DNA of 64,000 nucleotides, taken from NCBI GenBank assembly GCA_963748015.1, contig CAVVHE010000004.1, forward strand, positions 1-64,000, written 5' to 3'. Each line of letters begins with the position of its first letter. Position 1 is the stretch's first letter. The DNA comes from Terriglobia bacterium (GTDB lineage: Bacteria > Acidobacteriota > Polarisedimenticolia > Polarisedimenticolales > JAIQFR01). The notes beneath the pieces are model-generated. The model did no database searches. It worked only from the letters and a program-made list of their open reading frames with translations, and was not told the origin of the DNA. The position numbers and the translations under genes were made by a program. Below are positions 20,820-31,199 of the stretch, one piece after another.

Positions 20820-23048
20820 TCACGGCGACGGCATCGGCGACCAGCGGTAGCGGAACCACTCGATGGGAGGGGAGGTCGCGCCGGCGCGGTCGAAGAAGAT
20901 GCCGGCGTGCCTCCCGTCCGCGTCGCGGGCAGGGGAGACGGGGCGCAGGATCGCGGCGCCGTCCCTTCGCGCGGCGGAGGGGCTCTCGGTCCCCGCGGCC
21001 GGGTCGCGCTCGAGGTAGCGGTCCTTGCCTCCCGCGTCGAGGAACAGCCCGGCCTGCACCGGCCAGACGAGGTAGTTCCGCGTGACGTTGGGCTTCAGGT
21101 CCTCCGGCTTGAAGTTCGTGATCCCGAACCCTTCCTTGCCGCGGTCGATGACGTACGTGTCGTCGCCCCCGCCGTCCACGAGCATCGCCAGGCTCATGTT
21201 GATCGCGTAGCCGAATCCGTCGGCGCCGTAGCGGTACGTGTCGTTCCCCGCGCCGTCGTAGAGGATCGCGACCGTGAAGTCGTGCCCGAACGCCATCCCG
21301 GTGTGGGAGTCGCCGTATCCCTCGTACCGGTCGTTCGCCCTTTTCGTCGAAGAGGGCCCCGATGCAGAAGTGCGCGCCGGAGGCGAGGGAGAAGACCGAC
21401 GCGCTGTAGAGATCGTCGCCTGCCGCGTCGTAGAGCCACCCGATCCCGTACCAGTACCCGGAGCCCGCCGACCAGTTGCCGGAGCGGTAGGTGTCGTTCC
21501 CGCCGAGGTCGATCAGCGTGCCGACGCCGCCGGCCCACGAGTGGCCGTCCTCGAGGTCGCCGCGCCGCCCGGCGGCGGCGCCCTGGGCGTACGAGTAGTT
21601 GACCTTGAGCTGCGAGTGGTCGTCGGGGCGGTAGGCGTTCGCGGAATCGGGCTCCGCGAAGTAGGCGTCGTTCCCCTCGAGGTCCACGAGCGTCCCGATC
21701 CCGTTGCCCGACGCCCCCGAACCCTTGGCCTCCGCTGACGATGCGATACGAGTCGTCTCCCGCGAGGTCGTAGAGCAGCCCGACACCGAACTCCGCGGCG
21801 CCCTGTCCCTCGACGGCGAGCTCGTACCGGTCCTTCCCCGAGAGGTCCGCCAGGAGTCCCGTTCCGAACAGGCCGTAACCCTGGGACGAGCCGTACGCGC
21901 GGTACGCGTCGTCCCCGGCCGCATCGATCAGGACGCCGATGCCGAGGATCCCGCTCCCCTGGGCGTTCGTCCGCTCGTCGTCCGCGACGTACCGATCGTT
22001 CCCTGCGAGATCCACGACGAGGGTGACCGGTTGCGCGAGCGTCGTGCCCCCGATCCCGCCGCGATACGCGTCGTCGCCGCCGAGGTCCACGAGCAGCAGG
22101 ACGTCGGGCTCCTCGTGCGCGTCGCTCCCGGAGCCCGAGACCACGATCCGGCCCGCCGGCGTGACGAGGTCGAGGCGCTGCGAGGCGAGGTCCGCCTGGG
22201 TCTTCGCCGCCCAGCTCTGCAGCGCCTTGACGAGCCGCTCCCCCGCGGCGACGGTCTTCCTGGACGACGTGTTCAGCGCCCGCTCGTCGAGGTCGCGGGC
22301 GACCCGGTCGCACTCCGGGTGGTACTCCATCCCGTCGAACTGCGTCGCGCCGAGGTCGCGGAGCTTCGACACCGCGATCATGTCCTTGCCGTCCACGCTC
22401 GAGAACGCGATCCGGTGCCAGCGCAGCGCGTCGGCGAGGTCGAGCAGGGCCTGCGCGACGATCGCGCGCAGCCCGGGATCGAGCTTCGCCGCGGCCTCGC
22501 GTCGCGTCCTCGCGGCGCCGCGGAAAGTCCGCCGGCTTGTCGAGCCGCAGCGAGGTCGAACGGGACGTCCGAGATCGCGGTAGAGCCTCTCCACCGCGAA
22601 CACGAGCGGGTCCTCGGCCCCCGGTCCCGAAGGGGCCCGGTCGTCGAGCGCGGCGGTGTACTCGCGGTGTCCCGAGAGCCTGCAGGTCCCATCCCGTGAA
22701 GTACGCGGCGCGGAACAGCCCGTCGTCCTTCGATGCGCGGTACCCCGGTCCGAGAAAGCTGCGGGAGGCCTCGGCCATCAGCCGCAGCGTGTCGCCGATG
22801 CGCCGGGGATGCGCGAAGAGGTCGCCGAACATCCGGTTCACGTAGGGGATCTGCGCGGGGTCGGGATAGCGCAGCCAGGTCCCCTTCGGCTCGAACCCGA
22901 GGCGGTCCGGGGCGAGCCCCGCTCGCCCAAGGGCCTCGACGAGCGGATCGCCCTGCGGCCGCTCCGCGGCGAGGGAGCCGGGCGCGAGACCGACCGAGCC
23001 GAGGATCGTGGAGAGAAAGAACGCCGCTAGTCGGGTGGGATTTCGCAT
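20820..23048 (-). CDS. Large secreted protein with ~12 DxxGxDxY repeats; several frameshifts
   Basis: Signal peptide MRNPTRLAAFFLS...; repeats such as LVDLGGDDAY, VVDLAGNDRY, LIDAAGDDAY, LIDLGGNDTY, FLDAGGKDRY over three frames. Confidence 0.7.
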
Positions 23049-23118
23049 GGGAGGACCTCCGTCCTTCGGAGGCCGAACCATACCACCGAACCCGCGCCTC
23101 CCGGGGCGGACCCGCTCC

Positions 23119-24133
23119 CTACAGGACCTCCCACACGTCGCCCGACCGCAGGAGCTTCCCGAGGTCTCCCTGACCCTTCTTCGCGGTGATGGCCGCGATC
23201 TGCTCGTGGATCGAGTGCTCGAGCGTGTGCTCGTCGGACTTGCGGAACACGCCGATCGGCAGCGGGAACTCGGGCGGCTGCAGGTGCGCGAGCATGAACG
23301 CGTAGCCGAGCGGGGCGCTGCTCGTCATGGACGAGGAGGTCCTTCTCCGTCACGCCGTCGCCGAGCGTCACGACCTCGGGCCGGTGGCAGCCCGCGAGGC
23401 GTATCCCGCGGTCGCGGTTCTTCCCGAACACGAGCGGCTCTCCCTGGCGGAGCACCAGCACGTGGTCGTCGCGGACGTCCTTCTCGCGGAACTCCGTCCA
23501 GGCGCCGTCGTTGAAGATGTTGCAGTTCTGCAGGATCTCGACGAAGGCGGCGCCGCGGTGGGCGGCCGCCGAGCGGAGCACGTCCTTGATGTGGGGCGCG
23601 TTGACGTCCACGCTGCGGGCGACGAAGGTCGCGTCGGCGCCGAGAGCCAGGGCCACGGGGTTGAACGGCCGGTCCACGGAGCCGAACGGCGTCGACTTCG
23701 TCTTCTTGCCCGTCTCGGAGGTCGGCGAGAGCTGTCCCTTGGTCAGGCCGTAGATCCGGTTGTTGAACATCAGGATCTTGATGTCGAGGTTCCGGCGGAG
23801 CGTGTGGATCACGTGGTTCCCGCCGATGGACAGCGCGTCGCCGTCGCCGGTCGCGATCCAGACCGACAGCTCGGGGTTCGCGATCTTGATCCCCGTGGCG
23901 ATCGCGGGAGCGCGGCCGTGGATCGCGTGGAAGCCGTAGGTGTTCACGTAGTAGGGGAACCGGCTCGAGCAGCCGATCCCCGAGACCACCACGAACTTCT
24001 CGCGGGGGATGCCCAGCTCCGGGAAGATCTGCTGCACCGCGGCCAGGACGGCGTAGTCGCCGCAGCCGGGGCACCACCTCACTTCCTGGTCGGTGGAGAA
24101 GTCCTTCTTCGTGAGTGCCGTGGGAGCGCCCAT
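23119..24133 (-). CDS. korB: 2-oxoacid:ferredoxin oxidoreductase beta subunit, frameshift near 23320
   Basis: WCPGCGD, SGIGCSSR, HGRA, GDGD.LSIGGNH, NN.IYGLTKGQ.SPT. Confidence 0.9.
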
Positions 24134-24143
24134 GCCGTTCCTC

Positions 24144-26001
24144 CTAAGCGAGCTCGCGGATGCGGTCGAGGATCTCGGATTCGCGGAACGGCTGCCCCTC
24201 GACCTTGGACTGCGACAGGATCTCGCGCAGGTAGGTCCCCTGGAGCACGAACGCGAGCTGTCCGAGGTTCATCTCGGGAACGAGGATCCGGTCGTAGCGG
24301 GAAAGCACCTCGCCGAGATTCGAAGGCAGGGGGTTGAGGTATCTGAGGTGGAGCTGGGTCACGCGGATCCCCTCCGCGCGCGCGCGCCGCACCGCCCCGG
24401 TGATCGAGCCGTAGGTGGAGCCCCAGCCGATCACGAGCAGTCCCCCCGGGGCTCTCCCGTCCGGCTCGCGCGGGAGGGACGTCGAGGGCGACCCTCGCGA
24501 TCTTCTCGGCCCTCAGGTGGACCATCCGCTCGTGGTTCAGCGGGTCGTACGACACGTTGCCGGCGCCGTCCGACTTCTCGAGACCTCCGACCCGGTGCTC
24601 GAGACGCGGGGTGCCGGGAATCGCCCACGGCCGCGCGAGCGTGGCTTCGTCCCGGGAGTACGGCAGGAACCCTTCGGGATCGGTGCGGAAGGTCACGGGG
24701 ATCGGCGCCAGGCCGTCGACCGCCGGGATTCGCCACGGCTCGGCGCCGTTCGCGATGAAGCCGTCGGAGAGGAGCAGCACCGGCGTCATGTGCCGGACCG
24801 CCAGGCGGCTCGCCTCGTACGCGCACTCGAAGCAGTCGGCCGGCGAGCGCGCCGCGATGACGACGCACGGGGCCTCCCCGTGGCGGCCGTAGAGGGCCTG
24901 GAGAAGGTCCGACTGCTCGGTCTTGGTCGGCAGGCCGGTGGATGGGCCGCCGCGCTGGATGTTCACGACCACGAGCGGCAGCTCGACCATCACCGCCAGG
25001 CCGAGGAACTCGCTCTTCAAGGCCATCCCCGGCCCGCTCGTCGTCGTGATCCCGAGGGCTCCCGCGAACGACGCGCCGAGCGCCGCGCCGATCGCGGCGA
25101 TCTCGTCCTCGGCCTGGAAGGTGATCACGCCGAAGTTCTTGTGGACCGCCAGCTCGTGCAGGATGTCCGACGCGGGCGTGATCGGGTAGGAGCCCTGGAA
25201 GAGGGGAGGCCCGCTCTTGCGCGACGCCGCGACGAAGCCCAGCGCGAGCGCCTGGTTGCCGCTGACGTTCCGGTAGGTCCCCGGGGCGAGCTCGCGCCGC
25301 GGGAATCTCGTAGGTGTCCTGGAAGATCTCGGTCGCCTCGCAGTACGCGTACCCCGCCTTGAGGGCGAGCCGGTTCGCGGTCGGCGATCGGGGGCTCCGA
25401 GGCGAACTTCTCCTCGATCCACTTCAGGGAGACCTCGAGCGGCCGGTTGTACAGGTAGTACATCATCCCGAGGGCGAAGAAGTTCTTGCAGCGGTCCACC
25501 GTCCGCTGCGGGAGCCCGGTTTCCGTCGAGCGCGCCGCGCGTCAGGCGGGTCATCTCGACCCGCACCAGGCGGTAGCCGTCGAGGGAGCCGTCTTCGAGC
25601 GGGTTGGCCGCGTACCCCGCCTTGTTGAGGTCCGTCTCCCTGAACGCGTCGGCGTTGACGATCAGGATCCCGCCCGTCTTGAGGTCCTTCAGGTTGACCT
25701 TGAGCGCCGCGGGGTTCATCGCCACCAGCACGTCGGGGGCGTCGCCGGGCGTGAAGATGTCCTCCGAGGCGAAGTTGATCTGGAACCCCGATACGCCCGG
25801 CAGCGTTCCGGCGGGGGCGCGGATCTCGGCGGGGTAATCGGGGAAGGTCGCGAGGTCGTTGCCGACGATCGCGGCGGTCGCCGTGAACTGCGTGCCGGTG
25901 AGCTGCATCCCGTCGCCGGAGTCGCCGGCGAAGCGGATCACGACGCGGTCGAGCGTCTCGACGCCAGGCTTTGCCCCGCTGCGTTCCGTCTCGGTGGCCA
26001 T
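24144..26001 (-). CDS. korA: 2-oxoacid:acceptor oxidoreductase alpha subunit (gamma-alpha fusion), several frameshifts
   Basis: FAGDSGDGMQLTG, YPAEIRAP, YPITPAS, QAEDEIAA, QRGGPSTGLPTK, GWGSTYG, PEMNLGQL. Confidence 0.9.
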
Positions 26002-26192
26002 GGCATTCCTCTCCCTAAATCGGACCAAGAAAGTCAATTATGTCCGATCGCGCGCGCGGCATCAAACCCTGCTCTCGCTGCGCCCAGCCGTCGCCCGATC
26101 GTCCTCGGCCGGGGATGTCCTCGCCGACCCGGAAAAGGGTCGTCTCCGGACATCCCCGGCCGAGGACGATCGGGCGGTCGACGGTCGAGGGG

Positions 26193-27074
26193 TTAGCTGA
26201 TCTCGGACATCTTTCGGACGAGCCAGGCGAGGCGGCCGCGGACGGCTTCGGCGTCGGGAGCGCGCGGCGCGAGCGTGAGGTAGGCCTCGAGGTCGGCGAC
26301 GGCGGCGTCGGTGCGGCCGAGGTGGGCGTGAAGGAAGCCGCGGTCCCGGATCTCGCGATGCTCCCCCGGCGAGACGATCAGGATGCGCTCCACGGCGGCG
26401 TGGGCTCGGGGGTAGTCCTCGCGAGCGAGGTGCACGCGCTTGAGGTTGTGCAGGAGGCGGGCGAGGATCGCGGGGCCGCTCGCTCCCTCGAGAAGCTCGC
26501 GCCGGAACAGCGAGGCGCGGCCGGTGGTCCGGGCGGTCAGGTCGCGGCAGTCGTCCTCGGTGATCACGTTGCCGCCGTGGAACGGGTCCACGAAGACCGT
26601 CCGCGTGCCGTCGTCCACGCGCACCACGAAATGGCCCGGGAGCGCCACCCCGCGGGCCTCGATCCCGGCGCGGGTGGCCACCTCGGCGTAGAGGATCGAC
26701 AGCGTGATCGGCAGTCCCAGGCGGCGGTTCAGGACCTCGTTGAGGTAGGAATTGCGGGGATCGTCGTGCTGGTCGGCGCTCCCCCGAAAGCCGAGATCCT
26801 CGAAGAAGAGCGATCGGAGCGCGTCGACGCGGGCGAAGAGGTTCGAGAGGGGCCCGACCCTGCGGAGCGCTTCGCGACCGAGCGCGTCCACGCGCGCGAC
26901 CTCCGCGGCGACGTCGAGGGCGCGGTACTCCTCCGCCGCCACGAGGAGGCAGGCCTCGAGCAGGTCGAAGCTCTCCTGGCCCTCGACGAGTGTCCTGAAC
27001 CTGCGCCGCGCTTCGGGGCGCGAGCCGTGGCCTGGTGCGCTCACCCGGTCGTTCTCCCGTGTTTCGGCGGACAT
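26193..27074 (-). CDS. SirB1/transglutaminase-like TPR protein
   Basis: NSYLNEVLNRRLGLPITLS, LPGHF, DPFHGG, ILARLLHNLK, EIRDRG. Confidence 0.85.
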   Translation of the reverse strand: MSAETRENDRVSAPGHGSRPEARRRFRTLVEGQESFDLLEACLLVAAEEYRALDVAAEVARVDALGREALRRVGPLSNLFARVDALRSLFFEDLGFRGSADQHDDPRNSYLNEVLNRRLGLPITLSILYAEVATRAGIEARGVALPGHFVVRVDDGTRTVFVDPFHGGNVITEDDCRDLTARTTGRASLFRRELLEGASGPAILARLLHNLKRVHLAREDYPRAHAAVERILIVSPGEHREIRDRGFLHAHLGRTDAAVADLEAYLTLAPRAPDAEAVRGRLAWLVRKMSEIS

Positions 27075-27144
27075 CGTGACGTGGAAGGTAGATGTTAGGA
27101 CCGGCCCTCGCGTCGCGCCACCGGGCGAAGGGGAGTGGACCGGG

Positions 27145-27759
27145 TCATCCGACGTAGCGCCACAGCGCGACGAAGTGGCACACGCTTCCGCCGAGGACGA
27201 GGAAGTGCCAGATCTCGTGGTGCCGCGGCAGCGACTTCCATCCGTAGAATGCGAGCCCCCCGGTATAGAAGACCCCGCCGGCCAGAAGCCACGCCACCCC
27301 GCCCGGCGCGAGGGACGCCAGGAGCGGGCGGAACGCGACGACGACGAGCCAGCCCATCATCACGTACAGCGCGATCGACACGGGGATCCGGTGCCGGAAC
27401 GGGAAGATCTCGAGGAGAATGCCCACGATCGCCCCGCTCCAGACGATCCCGAAGATCGCCCATCCCCAGGTCGGGCGGAGCGTGAGGAGCGTGAACGGGG
27501 TGTAAGTTCCGGCGATGAGGATGTAGATCGCGGCGTGGTCGAGGCGGCGGAACACCGGCTTCGCCCGGCCTCCGGCGCTGTGGTAGAGCGTCGAGACGAC
27601 GTAGAGGCCGGTCAGCGCCGTTCCGTAGATCGAGTAGGCGACGATCCGCCAGGGATCGCGGGCCAGGCTCGCCAGGACGACGAGCGCGATGAAGCCGGTG
27701 AGCGCCGCGACCGCGCCCACCAGGTGACTGATCGCGTTGACCTTCTCGCCCTTGCGCAT
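27145..27759 (-). CDS. Hemolysin III / PAQR family membrane protein
   Basis: NAISH, STLYH, DHAAIYILIAGTYTP, HEIWH.LVL.GS.CH. Confidence 0.9.
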   Translation of the reverse strand: MRKGEKVNAISHLVGAVAALTGFIALVVLASLARDPWRIVAYSIYGTALTGLYVVSTLYHSAGGRAKPVFRRLDHAAIYILIAGTYTPFTLLTLRPTWGWAIFGIVWSGAIVGILLEIFPFRHRIPVSIALYVMMGWLVVVAFRPLLASLAPGGVAWLLAGGVFYTGGLAFYGWKSLPRHHEIWHFLVLGGSVCHFVALWRYVG

Positions 27760-27769
27760 CTCCGTTCGA

Positions 27770-30115
27770 TCACTCGAGCCGGAGCGTCGAGACGGCGACG
27801 GCGTTCACGGCGGAGCGGCGGAAGGGGAACGGGAAGTCCCGCCCCTCCGCCCATGCCGCCGCCTGGTCGTCGTACCGGCGGTCCTGGAACTGTCCGGATT
27901 CGCCGAGAGGGAGGACGATCCTCGACGCGTCGGGGTCCCCCAGGTCCGCGATGAAGCGGGCCGAGGCGATGTGGCGCGTGAAGGCGTCGCGCGTGGACAG
28001 CGGCCCCGCTGCGACCGACACGGTGAACGCGTCGCCCGGCCTCTCGAGCGGTCCGACGTTGAGCAACCGGCCGAGGAGCGGGAAGGCCCTGGCGAAGGGG
28101 TGAACGTAGGAGAGAGCGTGGGCGCGCCCCCAGCTCCACGCCTCAGGGACCGCTCCCTCCTTTGCCTCGACCGCCCGGAGCGCCGCGGCGAGCGATGCCG
28201 AGACCGCCTCCTCGCGCGCCTCGACCGCGCCGGTACCGGGATCGTCCCAGAGCTCCGCGCCGCCCGTTCCCTCGATCATCCTGGCCATGAGATTCCAGCC
28301 CGCGGGGAGGCTTCCGTCGAGGCGCTTCTCGCGCGGGAGGAAGGTGCGGCGCCTCAGGTCCCTCATGAAGGTGTAGAAAAGCAGCGAAGGGCCGCGCTCG
28401 AGCGCGCGACCATCCCAGCCTGCGAGGATCCCGGCCGCGCGCCGCGCCTCGGGATCCTCGAGCTGCAATCGGATCAGGGCGTCGCGAACGCGGACCGCGT
28501 AGAGGGACAGGACGTCGTTCTGGAGCGACCGGACCTCCTGGGGAGTGGCTTGCCGGAGCGACGAGAGCACTTCGCGAATGCGGTCGACGCGATCCCTCGT
28601 CGCGTAGTCTCCCGGATACGGCAGGCGAATGCCGCTCGCGGTCCAGTCGTCGTTGGCGGAGGCCACGAAGCCCTCGGGCGGGTCCTCGACGCGCGGCAGC
28701 TCGGCGTAGGGGACGAGCCCGTCCCAGTCGTAACCGCCCGTCCAGCCCGGAACGGGAAGGCGGCCGTCCCCCCTCGTCCGGCGGGGGATCGCGCCCGCGA
28801 CCATCAGGCCGATACGGCCGTCGGCACTCGCCCAGCAGACGTTGACGGACGGGCCCACGTAGTGCGACCAGGCCGTCCGGATCTCCTCCGGCGTGCGTGC
28901 GCGCGATGCCAGGAGGAAGGCCCGGAGGCTCCCGACGCCCAGGGACGGCGACCAAGCCAGGGAAACCGCGAACGGGCCGCTCTTGCCGGGCCGGATCTCC
29001 TCCACGACGGGGCCGTGACGCGTGACCGCGATCCGGGTCTCGACGTCCTTGCGCCCCTTCACCGGGATCCGCTCGGTGCGGCTCTCGACCGGAAGCCAGC
29101 CGCTCCCGTCCTCGTATCGCCCTCCGTCGGCATCGAGCCGCTCGAGGAACAGGTCCGCGTCGTCGGCCTGGTGCATGGTCAGCCCCCAGGCCGTGGAGCC
29201 GTTGTGCCCGATCACGACGCCCGGCAGGCCGGGCAGGGTGAGGCCGGCCACGTCGAGCCCGTCGTCGGCGGTCAGGTGCGCCGCGTACCAGACGCCGGGG
29301 ATCTCCGCCTCGAGATGGGGATCGTTGGCGAGTATCGGCCTCCCCGACGCGGTCCTCGAGCCGGAGATCGCCCACGCGTTGCTTCCGCGCGCGGACTCGG
29401 CGGGCGTCTCTCTCACCGGGCTCGCGGCGCGAGGATAGGGCGCCTCCGGGGGGACGAAGGTCGGAGCCTCGCCCTGGGCGTCGAGAACCGGTAGCAGGGG
29501 ACCGAGCCCGAATTTCAGGATGCGCGCGAGGCTCGCGCGCTCGCCGGACTCCGACCCGGAGAGCGAGGTGAACATGAGCGCCTCGAAGCGCAGGCTGTCG
29601 AGGGCCGTCCAGGGCTCCGGGCGAATGCCGGCCGCGACCAGCTCCCACGGCCTCGGATGCGAGGCGACGTAGGCGTTCACCCCCGCGGAGTACGCCTCGA
29701 GGAGGCGGCGCTCCGCGACGGAGAGCGCGCGGAACTCGCGCTCCGCTTGCCGGCCGAGGCCGATCGTCCTCGCGCGGATGTCCATGTCGAGAGCGGCGGC
29801 GCCGAAAGCCTCCGAGAGCCGCCCCGACGCCGCGCGGCGCCGCGTCTCCATCTGGAACAGGCGGTCCGCTGCGTGAAGCCAGCCGAGGACGCGGTACGCG
29901 TCCTCCTCGGTTGCCGCGCGGACGTGGGGGATGCCGTGCGCGTCGAACTTCACCTCTGCCGGCGCCGAGAGTCCGTGAAGGCGGTCGCGCCCCTCCCGCG
30001 GGGGGGTCGGCGCGCGCAGGAGCGCGATCACGCCGAGCGCGATGACGAGCGAGGCCATCGCCGCGTAGGCGACGGCCGGCCCGAGCCGGGCGGATCCTCT
30101 AGAGGCGGCGGGCAC
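27770..30115 (-). CDS. Penicillin acylase family (Ntn hydrolase)
   Basis: GIPHVRA, DRLFQM, catalytic GSNAW, ILANDPHL, GESG. Confidence 0.9.
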   Translation of the reverse strand: MPAASRGSARLGPAVAYAAMASLVIALGVIALLRAPTPPREGRDRLHGLSAPAEVKFDAHGIPHVRAATEEDAYRVLGWLHAADRLFQMETRRRAASGRLSEAFGAAALDMDIRARTIGLGRQAEREFRALSVAERRLLEAYSAGVNAYVASHPRPWELVAAGIRPEPWTALDSLRFEALMFTSLSGSESGERASLARILKFGLGPLLPVLDAQGEAPTFVPPEAPYPRAASPVRETPAESARGSNAWAISGSRTASGRPILANDPHLEAEIPGVWYAAHLTADDGLDVAGLTLPGLPGVVIGHNGSTAWGLTMHQADDADLFLERLDADGGRYEDGSGWLPVESRTERIPVKGRKDVETRIAVTRHGPVVEEIRPGKSGPFAVSLAWSPSLGVGSLRAFLLASRARTPEEIRTAWSHYVGPSVNVCWASADGRIGLMVAGAIPRRTRGDGRLPVPGWTGGYDWDGLVPYAELPRVEDPPEGFVASANDDWTASGIRLPYPGDYATRDRVDRIREVLSSLRQATPQEVRSLQNDVLSLYAVRVRDALIRLQLEDPEARRAAGILAGWDGRALERGPSLLFYTFMRDLRRRTFLPREKRLDGSLPAGWNLMARMIEGTGGAELWDDPGTGAVEAREEAVSASLAAALRAVEAKEGAVPEAWSWGRAHALSYVHPFARAFPLLGRLLNVGPLERPGDAFTVSVAAGPLSTRDAFTRHIASARFIADLGDPDASRIVLPLGESGQFQDRRYDDQAAAWAEGRDFPFPFRRSAVNAVAVSTLRLE

Positions 30116-30128
30116 GAGTCGTGGCGCC

Positions 30129-31157
30129 TCAGCGGCTCTTGGGCGCGCCGCCGGCGGTGGGACCGGTCGAGAGGATCTTCTCGACGAGGCCGGGAGTGTC
30201 CGGGAGCTGGCCGACGCCCGGCAGGCGCGGAACGAGGAGCATCCACGAGGGATTCATCCTGAACGCCTTGCCGAAGACCGGCAGCGCCTCGCCCGTGCGG
30301 CCGTTCGTGACGAGCGTCACCGCGTGCCAGAACACGAATTCGTCGTTCGCCGGGAACATCTCCTCGGCGCGCGAGTACTTCGCGAGCGCCTCGTCCATCT
30401 TCCCCGCCGCCACCGCCTCGTCTCCCTGGTTCATCAGGTCGTAGGCCCGCGCGAGGGCGAGGACGCGGCGGAGCTCGGCGAGAGGCCGGTCGGAATCCTC
30501 GACGCGGAGGTCCACGAGCCGGTCGGTCCACGGCTTGTCCGTCGCCTTGGCGCGCACGACGACGATCGCCGCGGACTGCTTTCCGCGGATGTCGCCGCCG
30601 ACCGCCTGCGCCGCCTCGAGCGCGGCGACCATCCGCTCCGCCAGCGGTCCGGTCGAGGCCTCGAAGGCCTTGGCCATCGCGGCGGGCACCTCGTCGCCGA
30701 GCATCAGGTTCGCCTGGACCGAGTATCCCTTCCCGGTCTTGTGCCCCGCCGCCGGAATGCACTTGCCGCCCGTGTGCGCGGCCACCCGCCCCCCGGCATC
30801 GACGAATGCCACCTGTCTCACCTCCGGGTGCGGGTCCTTCGCGAGGAGGTCGGCGAGCGCCTTTTCTGGAGCGGCGCCGGCCTTCATCGCCGCGAGGCCG
30901 AGCGGCCCGTAGGACGGCTCGACGAACGACTGCGTGGCCACGGCCCCCACCCCCGCCTCGGCCCACGGGACGGCCGTGCCGACCGAGAACCAGTGGCTCT
31001 GCACGGCCACGCCCATCTCGCCGGTCGCCGGATCGCGCGCGACGATGGAGTAGGTCGCCACGGGACGCAGAGGGGTCGCCTCGGGCACCGAGCCCGGGAC
31101 GGCGGGGCCGAGGAGCGTTGCGACCGTCACGAAGAAGACCGGCCTGAAGACCTGCAT
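30129..31157 (-). CDS. DUF1028 (Ntn-hydrolase-like) protein with TPR tail
   Basis: TYSIVARDP.TGE.GVAVQSH, GVGAVATQS, GGDIRG.QSAA, DLRVED. Confidence 0.85.
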   Translation of the reverse strand: MQVFRPVFFVTVATLLGPAVPGSVPEATPLRPVATYSIVARDPATGEMGVAVQSHWFSVGTAVPWAEAGVGAVATQSFVEPSYGPLGLAAMKAGAAPEKALADLLAKDPHPEVRQVAFVDAGGRVAAHTGGKCIPAAGHKTGKGYSVQANLMLGDEVPAAMAKAFEASTGPLAERMVAALEAAQAVGGDIRGKQSAAIVVVRAKATDKPWTDRLVDLRVEDSDRPLAELRRVLALARAYDLMNQGDEAVAAGKMDEALAKYSRAEEMFPANDEFVFWHAVTLVTNGRTGEALPVFGKAFRMNPSWMLLVPRLPGVGQLPDTPGLVEKILSTGPTAGGAPKSR

Positions 31158-31199
31158 GGGATGCCTCCGTGAAGGGACCGCGTCACGTTGTTGTTCGCT

